Sequence record: SRR2962707_2035 | Direction: 5' to 3' (one strand) | Length of the DNA: 50,966 bases | Shown: piece by piece, positions 38,925 through 47,685 of the stretch | Position numbering within the stretch: the first letter of the stretch is position 1 | Layout of the letters: every line of letters begins with the position of its first letter | Notes under the pieces: generated by a model | The model's database searches: none | Seen by the model: the letters and a program-made list of their open reading frames with translations, nothing else | Told to the model about the DNA's origin: nothing | Made by a program: the position numbers and the translations under genes

Positions 38925-40031
38925 ATGTCAGTTTTCAAACGCGGCGCTTTTTGCGCGGCAATCGCCCTGCCCCTGCTTGCGACTTCGGTAAGCGCGCAGG
39001 ATATTTCGATCGCCTATGGTGCCTACAGCCCGCCGACGTCAGATTCGATCGACCAAGGGATCAAGGTATTTCTCGATTCCATGAAAGAGATGAGCAACGG
39101 CTCTATCGATTACGAACTGTTCGCGGGCGGAGTCATGGTCGCAGATCGCACCACACTTGCCGGCGTGCGCGATGGACTCGTGGATGGCGCGCAGATAGCC
39201 ACCATCTATTTTCCGTCTGAACTGCCCCAGAACAGCCTGATCACCAATCTCTCGCCTGCCCTGAATGCAGATGCCCGTGCCGTATCGGCCGCTGTGAGCG
39301 AATTCGTGTTGTTAAATTGCGAAGATTGCATGGAGGAACTGCGCGGTTGGAATATTGAGTATTTGGGCGGGTATGCGATTTCGACCTATGACCTGATATG
39401 TGTGGAGCCCGCCGAGGCGCTGGCAGACTTATCCGGCCGCACTGTGCGTGCCGCGGGCTCGCTTGGTCCGATCGCCACCACCCTTGGCATGGTGCCCGTC
39501 AATCTTGGACAGAGCGAAGCCTATGAAGGCCTGCAGCGCGGTCAGCTTGACTGTACACTTGGCTCGCCTGGCGCTTTGAAAAGCTTTTCTTATGGCGACG
39601 TCGCCAAGAACGTCATTTTAATCCAGACCTCGACACCATTTGGTGGGCCCTACTACGATCTCAGTCTGGATATCTGGGGACAGATGAGCGACGAGCAGAA
39701 GGCGATTGCCTATGAGAGCGCAGCCAAAGCCCAGGTTTCAGCGGCAGCCTCCTTCCTCGACAACGACCAGGCAGCGATCGACAGTGCCGACGAAAATGGC
39801 TACATCTTTATAGAGCCTGGCCCTGACATGCAGGCGGCGCTTGAAGAGTATCGCGAGGGTGTGGTCGAAGAGGTAATCGCAAATGGCGAAGCCGCTGGTA
39901 TTGACGATGCTGAGACGAAGGTCCGGACCTTCCTCGATATCGTCGAAAAATGGAGCGGTATCGTTGCAGAAAGCGACGACAACGATGCGATAGTCCAAGC
40001 CATGATGTCGGAAATATACGACAAGCTCTAG
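38925..40031 (+). CDS. dctP: TRAP transporter substrate-binding protein (DctP family)
   Basis: AGGAGG RBS, signal peptide, GVRDGLVD, DLSGRTVRA and EAYEGLQRGQLD motifs. Confidence 0.88.
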   Translation: MSVFKRGAFCAAIALPLLATSVSAQDISIAYGAYSPPTSDSIDQGIKVFLDSMKEMSNGSIDYELFAGGVMVADRTTLAGVRDGLVDGAQIATIYFPSELPQNSLITNLSPALNADARAVSAAVSEFVLLNCEDCMEELRGWNIEYLGGYAISTYDLICVEPAEALADLSGRTVRAAGSLGPIATTLGMVPVNLGQSEAYEGLQRGQLDCTLGSPGALKSFSYGDVAKNVILIQTSTPFGGPYYDLSLDIWGQMSDEQKAIAYESAAKAQVSAAASFLDNDQAAIDSADENGYIFIEPGPDMQAALEEYREGVVEEVIANGEAAGIDDAETKVRTFLDIVEKWSGIVAESDDNDAIVQAMMSEIYDKL

Positions 40032-40054
40032 GTTTCAACATTTGCCACAGGTAT

Positions 40055-40091
40055 TGAGCCAGCGCGGATCTTGCGCTGGCTCATTTTATTT
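40055..40091 (+). terminator. Rho-independent terminator after dctP
   Basis: tgagccagcgc...gcgctggctca followed by ttttattt. Confidence 0.85.
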
Positions 40092-40377
40092 ATTCTCTTT
40101 TCACGCAGGTGGGGGCTTCGGACCGGTCAGCAAACCTCGGCCTAATCTCCCTTCACCGGTTTGGTTTGTCAGCTAGCTCGTACAAACTCGAAATTCGTAT
40201 CTGATTCCTCGATGCGCAAGTTAGTCGATATGCGCTGCAGTACGGCAGACACAGTTTTGTCCTCCATCCCTGAAGCCCAGGCATGAGAAGTCAATCGGCA
40301 GCTTTTGGCTGTTCCAGCGCAGTTGAACTTGCGAGAACCTGGCCGCGCATGACGACGCTGCGGACGACTAAACGTCC

Positions 40378-40493
40378 TTGACCGTTGGCCACTGACATGG
40401 TCCAAGTGGCCAAGTTGGCCACTGGCGACATCAATGTTTTCAGTGACTTAAGGGACATATTTAGTTTTGCTGCGAATCCAGGTTCCCCAGCCA
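40378..40493 (+). repeat. Right copy of att-arm repeat ending in a tRNA-Gln-like 3' end (attR-like core 40473-40493)
   Basis: Aligns with 2095-2201 and ends cgaatccaggttccccagcca, i.e. T-loop, acceptor stem and CCA of a tRNA; no 5' tRNA half precedes it. Confidence 0.85.
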
Positions 40494-40728
40494 ATCCTTC
40501 CAGCATCGTGGGCAAGCTGGTTTCGTCGGAAATTTCCTGCAGTCTGCCTGAGGCGCAAAGATTTTTTCGGCCGAGCGGCAGATTCACTTGGGCCCTACTG
40601 AGAAAGGACCTTCCCAATGTTGGCGGCTTTCCCGTTTATGGTGCTGGCCCTGCCGGCAGTCGTCTCGCAGCCTTGGTTGAGGGCTTTTGTCGTGGCCGCG
40701 GTCTGGTTTGCTTGAAAGGGCAGCCGGT

Positions 40729-40902
40729 CTAGAAGGCATGCCGTGTGACGGGGACGGGTTCGACCTGTGCAAAAAGCACGGTTTCCGTCCGCTCGACCGG
40801 CGCAGGGTGCGCTTCAAATTCCGCTTTTCCGGCCAGCGCCGCGTGCAGCGCGAAGGGCGGCAGCAGGAAGACGAAAAGGAACGCCCAAAGAGGGTAGCGC
40901 AT
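40729..40902 (-). CDS. Small hypothetical exported/membrane protein (57 aa)
   Basis: Below the ORF-track cutoff. GGAG RBS, then MRYPLWAFLFVFLLPPFALHAALAGKAEFEAHPAPVERTETVLFAQVEPVPVTRHAF; hydrophobic N-terminus. Confidence 0.55.
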   Translation of the reverse strand: MRYPLWAFLFVFLLPPFALHAALAGKAEFEAHPAPVERTETVLFAQVEPVPVTRHAF

Positions 40903-40975
40903 GACGCTTGTTCTCCAACTTCATCGAACGCGATGAAGTGGGGCCACTATGGGCCTTAGCGCACCAACGGGCGTT

Positions 40976-42814
40976 TTAGGAAGTTGGTTGCATTTTATCT
41001 TGTGTTACGGCGGGCGGCGGCAACAGCAGTTGTGCCTCACGCGGGGCCGTTTCGCCGAACGCTATTGAAAGCACGGATTCGAGCGTCAGATAGGACCGCA
41101 CCAGCCTGAACGCTATATATTCGGGCAACCCGATCAAAGCCCCGATCCGGCCGTTGGCCAACGCTGCAAAAGCTGCCATGAGGGCCGGCGCCCCCAGAAC
41201 CACAGCAAAAACCGCCTGAACCGTCAGTGGGCTTTGCGGATTGAAACCCACGAAATAATACAGCACGCCAAAGATCACCAAGGGCACCGTCATGGCCCGT
41301 CGGCCCGAGTTGAGCAGCATGAAGGGCAGGATGATCTTGCCGCGCACCGAGGGCATCCAGCCGTCGAGATAATCGCGGTTGCGCGACGAGACGTGATAGA
41401 CCGAGCGGAACCAGCGCATGCGCTGTTCGCGCAGATGCTTCCAGCTTGCAGGAACTTCGGAGACATAGGTGATCGTCGGATCGCCGACGACGCGGAAGCC
41501 CATTTCGCCGATGCGCAGCGACATATCGGTATCTTCCCCATTCATGCCTCCGGTAAAGCCACCGGCATTGCGCACGGCCTCCGTACGATAGACGGCAAGC
41601 ATGCCGGGTACGCCGACGATGGCGTCAACCGCGCCATAGGCGACCTGATAATAGCCGTGCTTGAGAAGCGTTTCGAGGTTGCGCGCCCTGTCAAATTTCC
41701 CGGTGCCCGGGGCAATGGGCAATCCCCCTACCACGCCGACGTCGCCGCGCCAGAAGTGGCGCACGGCCCGCCGGACCGAAGCCGGAGATACCTGTGTATC
41801 GGCGTCGATCCGGATAACGATTTCAGTCGTGGTCCGGGCGATGCCCGCATTGAGCGCGTTCGACTTGCCGGGGATCGGCACGTCGACAACCTGTCCTCGC
41901 AGATTGGGCAGATCGGCAAAAATGCGAAGTGCCGTTTGGGCGGTCCCGTCGGTAGAGCAGTTGTCGAGCACCAGCACATTGACCTCGCCACCATATTGGG
42001 CGGCCGCTTCTTCGAGCGCGTTCAGCGTGCGCGGCAGGATATGGGCCTCGTTGTGCGCAGGAATGATGACCGTGACCGGCGGGCAGTATCCGGGCCGACG
42101 CCGCAACAGGGCGCAGAGCGTCCCCAATACATAGAGCAGGAAGAACAGCACCGGCAGGAACAGGAACACCCCCGGCCCCGTGCCGCCAAGCAAAGCAACC
42201 GAGCGCAGATCGCCCACCAGCGGCAGATCGAGCGTATCGATCCAGAGGGAAACGGCAATTGCCGCACCGACGGCAAGCACAATCAGAATGAACGACGTCA
42301 CCTTGAACCGCGGGTTGAACGGGGCAAACGGAGCCCGGCGGGGCATCGTCGCCTGGTCGAGCAGGCGGATCGAGAAGATATAAAAGCCGAACAGGCCGGA
42401 AAGAATTTCGACCACGTGGATCGAATAGACGAAGCCGGTCAGCCGGTAGGCCGCGATGTTGATGAGATCGAACGCGGCGCAAACGACGATGTAATAGAGC
42501 GTGACTTCAAGGAAAAAACGCAACCGCTGGGGCGCCCTGGCGCCCACCACCGCCGAAAAGGCGACGAAGAACGAGACCATGAAGATGCGCAGCGGAATTG
42601 AGTGGATGCCCAGATAGGGCGAGAATACTACGTCGCCATTGGGAAAGATTGCGGCCAGCGGCCCGGCGCTGATGGCGGCCAGCAATGCCGCGGCCACTGC
42701 CGTAAAGATTACCAGAAGGGTCGGCGCCGCCCAGATCGAAAGCGGTCGCGTCAGCTTTGCAGGCGCGCTGTCCACCGACCAGTAATCGTGATCCTTTGGC
42801 GCGCGCTGCAGCAT
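40976..42814 (-). CDS. Processive family-2 glycosyltransferase (synthase type) with N- and C-terminal TM segments
   Basis: IPAHNE, LDNCSTD, GKSNALN, RIDADT (DxD), GEDTD and QRMRW (QxxRW) motifs. Confidence 0.9.
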   Translation of the reverse strand: MLQRAPKDHDYWSVDSAPAKLTRPLSIWAAPTLLVIFTAVAAALLAAISAGPLAAIFPNGDVVFSPYLGIHSIPLRIFMVSFFVAFSAVVGARAPQRLRFFLEVTLYYIVVCAAFDLINIAAYRLTGFVYSIHVVEILSGLFGFYIFSIRLLDQATMPRRAPFAPFNPRFKVTSFILIVLAVGAAIAVSLWIDTLDLPLVGDLRSVALLGGTGPGVFLFLPVLFFLLYVLGTLCALLRRRPGYCPPVTVIIPAHNEAHILPRTLNALEEAAAQYGGEVNVLVLDNCSTDGTAQTALRIFADLPNLRGQVVDVPIPGKSNALNAGIARTTTEIVIRIDADTQVSPASVRRAVRHFWRGDVGVVGGLPIAPGTGKFDRARNLETLLKHGYYQVAYGAVDAIVGVPGMLAVYRTEAVRNAGGFTGGMNGEDTDMSLRIGEMGFRVVGDPTITYVSEVPASWKHLREQRMRWFRSVYHVSSRNRDYLDGWMPSVRGKIILPFMLLNSGRRAMTVPLVIFGVLYYFVGFNPQSPLTVQAVFAVVLGAPALMAAFAALANGRIGALIGLPEYIAFRLVRSYLTLESVLSIAFGETAPREAQLLLPPPAVTQDKMQPTS

Positions 42815-42816
42815 GG

Positions 42817-44472
42817 TCAGCGGTCGATCAGCATGACCGCTGCGTTATCATCGAGGTGCTCGATCAGCGCAGCGGCGCGTGGGTCGGCAACCGCGATCAA
42901 GGTCGGGTCCTTGTCCTCATTGGGCACGACCAGCCAGATGGTCTGCGCACCGGCACCGAATTGACCTGCAAGGCGCAACGCGGACTTAAGGCCGCCCGCC
43001 GTGGTCATCTGGATCTTTGCCGGCGCGGTATCGACTTCCGTTCCGAACACTACGCTGCTCCGGACCGGCAGGAAGCTTCCCAGCAGCGCCGCTGCCGTCC
43101 GGACTTCGCCGCGCGACAGGGTCGTTGCAACCTTGAGCCCGATCGTCTGGTCCGCGGCCAGCGCCCGCACCATCTGCGGCCACCCCTCGGTGGGCTGGAC
43201 GCCTTGTGGGGTCAGACGGGAGGTGGGCAACAGCTGCGCCTGTGCGTCCGGGCCGGCCCGGCAGATCGAATCGTTGGGGCTCGTGTCGATCAACTCGATC
43301 AGAATGGCGTTGGACAAGGTCTGGATTTCGAACGGCAGTGTGACGTCGAGAGAAATCGTATCCTCCTGCCCGTCGAACCGCTCGGTCTTGAGCAGATTGC
43401 CGTTGAGCGAAACGCGCACCACCCAGTCATTGCCGGGCGCCAGCGTCGAGGTCTTGAGATCGATCGCAAAGCGCCGCGGCATCAAGCCGTCGGGCAGATC
43501 GGCAAGAGCGTAGGGAATTGTCCAGCGCCGCGATCCACGAAAATTCTTGAGCAAGGTTTCGGCCGAAAGCTCGTCAACGGACACCGGCCAGGCATCGGGT
43601 GCAGGCAGCATTGAGGCAGACATGCGGGCGGCGAGCAAAGCATCGATCCCTGCTGCGCCTGAAACCGCGACGCGGCCATCGGGATCGAGCGTTAGCGCCG
43701 AGCCGCCGACCTGTGCCATGACGAGATCGGGCGTGGCATCAGCGGCGGCAAAGCGCACTTCCATGCCCTTGCGGGCAAGGCCCTGCCGCGCCCAAATGGC
43801 CTGCGCCTGCCCCTCGGCATCGCTCCCCAATCCGAGCCACGCCGGGTCCCCCATCGTAGCGATGCGCACTGCACGGGTATCGATGGGATCGTCGGTAAAC
43901 AGCGCCAGTCCGCTATCGGCGCTCAGAGTGATCGCCGCGCCCGAATTGGCGGCATCGACCGGGCAGATCTGGCCGCCGCTTGTCGTGCCGCGGCCATCCA
44001 GCGTCACAACCACCGCATTCGACAGCAATTCGTCGGGGGCAAGTGCGATCTCGACTTCGTGGCGGGTGAGGCCCGCATCGAGCACGACCTCGCCACGACG
44101 CACGCCATCTACGCTGATCGTGACGCGCCCGTCCCCATCCGCACCCAGTTGCGAGTCGAGCGCGAGCTTGAGGGTGCCGGCCGAAAAATTGATCCCCGAT
44201 GGCAGGGCGAAGCGGATTTCGGCCGAATCGGGGAAACCGGCAAGCCCGACCCATTGGTCGGCTCGGGGCCGGGAAATCCAGATTTCGGTGGCGCCGTCGT
44301 CATCGGGTGCGTTGGGGTCGGCTGCGGGAAATTCCAGCCTCGGCAACGCCGAGGTGTCCACGGCCGTTGTCAGCCGCGCCAGCACATCGCTATCGCGTGT
44401 GTAGGCGATGGCGACGCCGACAATCACAAAGCTCAGAATCGCGATAAACAGCAGGCGCAGAAAGTCTTTCAT
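42817..44472 (-). CDS. BcsB-like periplasmic co-polymerase protein
   Basis: N-terminal TM/signal and two jelly-roll-like repeats (IRFALP..GTLKLAL..VTISVDG and WTIPY..FAIDL..VRVSLNGNLL..SNAILIEL), each followed by a Cys (QICP, SICR), resembling BcsB CBD1/CBD2. Confidence 0.65.
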   Translation of the reverse strand: MKDFLRLLFIAILSFVIVGVAIAYTRDSDVLARLTTAVDTSALPRLEFPAADPNAPDDDGATEIWISRPRADQWVGLAGFPDSAEIRFALPSGINFSAGTLKLALDSQLGADGDGRVTISVDGVRRGEVVLDAGLTRHEVEIALAPDELLSNAVVVTLDGRGTTSGGQICPVDAANSGAAITLSADSGLALFTDDPIDTRAVRIATMGDPAWLGLGSDAEGQAQAIWARQGLARKGMEVRFAAADATPDLVMAQVGGSALTLDPDGRVAVSGAAGIDALLAARMSASMLPAPDAWPVSVDELSAETLLKNFRGSRRWTIPYALADLPDGLMPRRFAIDLKTSTLAPGNDWVVRVSLNGNLLKTERFDGQEDTISLDVTLPFEIQTLSNAILIELIDTSPNDSICRAGPDAQAQLLPTSRLTPQGVQPTEGWPQMVRALAADQTIGLKVATTLSRGEVRTAAALLGSFLPVRSSVVFGTEVDTAPAKIQMTTAGGLKSALRLAGQFGAGAQTIWLVVPNEDKDPTLIAVADPRAAALIEHLDDNAAVMLIDR

Positions 44473-45689
44473 CGCAGGGCGAAACGCGGCGCTTCGAGTT
44501 GTGGCGTTTCAGGCTCGCGCCGGCCGGGCCACAGCGCGGTTGCCGGAATTGTGTCGAGATTGGCCCGCTCGATGAAGCGCAGGGCAATGTCCACGGTCTC
44601 GGTCAGCAACTCGTCGCGCAGCAGGATCGGTTCGAGACCGAGACCCTTCAGGGTCTTGCTGGAAACCGCGAGATCGTTTTCAGCGGCCTCGCTGCGCGGG
44701 TTGTCCAGATACTCGATGTCGGCGCCAGTGAGTTCGGCAACCAGTTCGGCCAGATCGCGTACGCGATGGGTCTCGGCCACCTGGTTGATGATGCGAACCG
44801 GGTCGCCGGCGGCAGGCGGATTTTCGATCGCCAGGGCGACGCAGCGCACCGTGTCCTGGATGTTGATGAAAGCACGGGTCTGCCCACCGGTCCCGTGGAC
44901 GGTCAGCGGATGCCCGGCGGCCGCCTGCATAAGGAAGCGGTTGAGCACGGTGCCGTAATCGCCGTCATAGTCGAACCGGTTGATGAGCGCAGGATCGAGC
45001 CGGGTTTGCTCGGTCTGGGTGCCCCATACGATGCCCTGGTGCAGATCGGTGATCTTCATCCGGTCATTTCGGGCATAGAACTGAAACATCAGCTGATCCA
45101 TGGATTTGGTCAGGTGATAGATGCTTCCGGGCTTGGTGGGATAAAGGATCGAGCGCGGATGCCGGGCACCGTCGGGTCCTTCGACGACGACGTCGAGATA
45201 CCCTTCAGGGATTTCCAACCCGTCGCCCTCATAACCATAAACGCCCATCGTCCCGAGATGGACAAAGTGCGTATCGAGCCCGAGTTCGACAATAGCGGAC
45301 AGCACGTTGTGGGTGCCGTTTATGTTGTTATCGACAGTGTAGGCCCTGTGCGCTGCGTCACGCATCGAGTAGGGCGCGGCGCGCTGTTCGGCGAAATGGA
45401 CTATGGCATCGGGCCGGACCGACGCCAGCAAGCGCCGCAGCTCGCACCGGTCCCGGGCGATATCGAGTTCGACAATATCGATGTCGTTCCCGCTCACCTC
45501 TTTCCAGGTGTTGAGGCGTTCGTCGATGCTGCTGATGGGTGTCAGGCTCGGAGCGCCAAGTTCTTCGGCGATATGCCGGCGCACGAAGTTGTCAACTATA
45601 ACGACTTCATATCCAAGTGCCGAAAGATGAAGCGATGTGGGCCAGCCACAAAAGCCATCGCCGCCAAGAACAAGAACCGTTTTAGACAT
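44469..45689 (-). CDS. sqdB: UDP-sulfoquinovose synthase
   Basis: VLGGDGFCGWPTSLHLS, HFAEQRAAPYSM, HLGTMGVYG, PGSIYHLTK, TDLHQGIVWG and NRFDYDGDYGTVLNRF are SqdB/SQD1 signatures; AAGGAAGG RBS. Confidence 0.93.
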   Translation of the reverse strand: MSKTVLVLGGDGFCGWPTSLHLSALGYEVVIVDNFVRRHIAEELGAPSLTPISSIDERLNTWKEVSGNDIDIVELDIARDRCELRRLLASVRPDAIVHFAEQRAAPYSMRDAAHRAYTVDNNINGTHNVLSAIVELGLDTHFVHLGTMGVYGYEGDGLEIPEGYLDVVVEGPDGARHPRSILYPTKPGSIYHLTKSMDQLMFQFYARNDRMKITDLHQGIVWGTQTEQTRLDPALINRFDYDGDYGTVLNRFLMQAAAGHPLTVHGTGGQTRAFINIQDTVRCVALAIENPPAAGDPVRIINQVAETHRVRDLAELVAELTGADIEYLDNPRSEAAENDLAVSSKTLKGLGLEPILLRDELLTETVDIALRFIERANLDTIPATALWPGRREPETPQLEAPRFALR

Positions 45690-45895
45690 AGAGGGACCTT
45701 CCTTCGCAAAGCCTTTCGGCTCGGCGAATTGTAAATTCTTCTGAAGGTTTCGGCTGTCCCCCAACAACGACTGGCGCTCGCGCCGTACGCGCTTTTACGA
45801 AAACCTTCGTTGTTGATAACGCTTACGCGGTTTAACTCAAGTTAGGAATTTGTGAACGGTACGTTCTTGTAGCCGGTCAAATCGGCCAAAGTCCG

Positions 45896-45936
45896 CCAGA
45901 AAAAAGGCGCCGCCCGAGGGCAGCGCCTTTTTCTGG
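45896..45936. terminator. Bidirectional-type intrinsic terminator after the MFS gene
   Basis: ccagaaaaaaggcgc-cgcccgagggca-gcgcctttttctgg. Confidence 0.85.
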
Positions 45937-45937
45937 A

Positions 45938-47434
45938 TCAGTGCCCGGGCACCGGTTCGGCCCCCAGGGGCTCGGCCGGTGGCCGTCGGATGAAGAACGC
46001 CGCCACGATCGCGAACATCGAGATGATCGCCCCGCACAGGAATGCGAGCTGGATGCCTTGCGACATGGCCGGGACCGCATCGATGCCATCTGCAACGAGA
46101 TCGGCGGCGCGCAGCGTCATCAACGAGACGAACAACGCGATGCCCGCCGCGCCGGCGACCTGCTGGATGGTGCCGATCACCGCGCTGCCATGCGAATAGA
46201 GATGACGGGGCAACGAGCCGAGGCTCGAGGTGAACAGCGGGGTGAACATCAGCGCCAGCCCAAGGCTGAGCGTGATGTGAAGCCCGAGGATGAAATAGAT
46301 CGACGTGAACTGATTCAGCGTCGTCATACCCCAGAGCACCCCGCTCACCAGCACGGTTCCCGGCACGATCAGCACCGTCGGCCCGAACCTGTCGAACAGC
46401 CGTCCAACGAACGGTGCCATCAGGCCCATGACCAGCCCGCCCGGCAGCAGGGTCAGCCCGGTCTGGGACGCATCGAGCCCCAGAACGTTCTGCATATAGA
46501 TCGGCAGCAGGATGAGCGAGCCGAACATGGCCATCATCGAAATCGCCATCATGATGACGCTGACGGTGAACACCGGCGTGCCGAAGGTTCGCAGGTCGAG
46601 TAGCGCCGCGTCGCGCTTCTGGAGTGCGAACTGACGCGTGATGAACAGGCCGAGGCCGATCACGCCGACGACGACGGGCACCCACGCCGGGAACATGGAT
46701 GTGCCGCCGCCATGAGAAGCGTCACCGCCCAGGCTGCTCAATCCGTAAACCAGCCCGCCAAAACCCAGCGCGGACAGAATGATCGACAGGACGTCGAGCG
46801 GCGCCTTGGTCGGCGTGGTCACATTCTGGATCTTGGTGGCTCCCAGGGCCAGCGCGCCCAGCGCGATGGGCAGCACCAGATAGAACATCCAGCGCCATTC
46901 GAGGTGCTCGAGAATGAAGCCGCCAATGGTCGGGCCCAACGCGGGCGCCACCGAAATGACGATGGAGATATTGCCCATGGTCCGGCCACGCGATTCGGGC
47001 GGCACGAGGTTCATGATGGTGGTCATGAGCAGCGGCATCATGATTGCGGTGCCGCAGGCCTGAATGATGCGCCCCACCAGCAGCACCTCAAAGCCCGGCG
47101 CCACGCCCGACAGCAGGGTTCCCGCACTGAATGCAGACATGGCGAGAATAAAGACCGGGCGCGTGTTGAGCCGTTGCAGCAGATACCCGGTAATGGGGAT
47201 GACCACAGCCATGGTCAGCATGAAGGCCGAGGTCAGCCATTGCGCGGCGCTGGCGCTGATTTCCAGGTCGGCCATCAGGTGTGGAATGGCCACGCTCATG
47301 ATGGTTTCGTTGAGGATCACCACGAAGGCCGAAACCAGCAGCAGGCCAATGACGAGCCTGTTGCGGGCCGTGTTATCGGGTTCGCCCAAAGGCGTTTGGG
47401 GCGCAGACGCGCCGTTCACATCGGTCGGTGACAT
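45938..47434 (-). CDS. DHA2-family (EmrB/QacA, LmrB-like) MFS efflux transporter
   Basis: LNETIMSVAIP, QWLTSAFML, GRIIQACG, APALGPTIGG and WRWMF motifs; about 14 TM segments. Confidence 0.92.
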   Translation of the reverse strand: MSPTDVNGASAPQTPLGEPDNTARNRLVIGLLLVSAFVVILNETIMSVAIPHLMADLEISASAAQWLTSAFMLTMAVVIPITGYLLQRLNTRPVFILAMSAFSAGTLLSGVAPGFEVLLVGRIIQACGTAIMMPLLMTTIMNLVPPESRGRTMGNISIVISVAPALGPTIGGFILEHLEWRWMFYLVLPIALGALALGATKIQNVTTPTKAPLDVLSIILSALGFGGLVYGLSSLGGDASHGGGTSMFPAWVPVVVGVIGLGLFITRQFALQKRDAALLDLRTFGTPVFTVSVIMMAISMMAMFGSLILLPIYMQNVLGLDASQTGLTLLPGGLVMGLMAPFVGRLFDRFGPTVLIVPGTVLVSGVLWGMTTLNQFTSIYFILGLHITLSLGLALMFTPLFTSSLGSLPRHLYSHGSAVIGTIQQVAGAAGIALFVSLMTLRAADLVADGIDAVPAMSQGIQLAFLCGAIISMFAIVAAFFIRRPPAEPLGAEPVPGH

Positions 47435-47685
47435 TGGATATCTCTTGGTCTGGCGGGCCCGCCGCTCCAGCGTGCACGCAAAATTAGGCCGTGTTGAATC
47501 TGCCTGTTGAAAACGAAAGTCAACCCGTCGGATTTCAATCCTTTTATTCCGGGAGCGCACGGCGGGCGAATAACACTTGCCCTGCCCCCCATATCGGAAT
47601 TGACTGAACGCGCTGACCCCCGGGACAGCCACACTAGAACCGGGCTGCGCCGTCTTGGGGGAGGCCAAGCAGCCCGAACCAAAGG

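Larger units (their letters stand above)
2202..40493. mobile_element. Catabolic genomic island between att-like repeats (no integrase within it)
   Basis: Flanking direct repeats, tRNA 3'-end fragment at the right border, accessory catabolic cargo, and visibly more AT-rich codons than the genes after 40.5 kb. Confidence 0.75.

Noticed and set aside
40473-40493. Intact tRNA gene
   Set aside because: Only the 3' 21 nt are tRNA-like; the upstream sequence is the att arm, with no D or anticodon arms.
40976-44472. Canonical cellulose synthase bcsAB or pgaC/icaA operon
   Set aside because: No PilZ domain, no bcsZ/bcsC or deacetylase, and the locus is coupled to sqdB.
41234-45734. Long plus-strand ORFs (41234..42601, 44499..45734) and similar ones such as 10163..11137 and 47749..48894
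   Set aside because: Antisense shadows of well-supported genes, typical of high-GC DNA.
45820-45846. CtrA box upstream of sqdB
   Set aside because: The TTAA-like half-sites are spaced 6 nt apart and degenerate, not TTAA-N7-TTAA.
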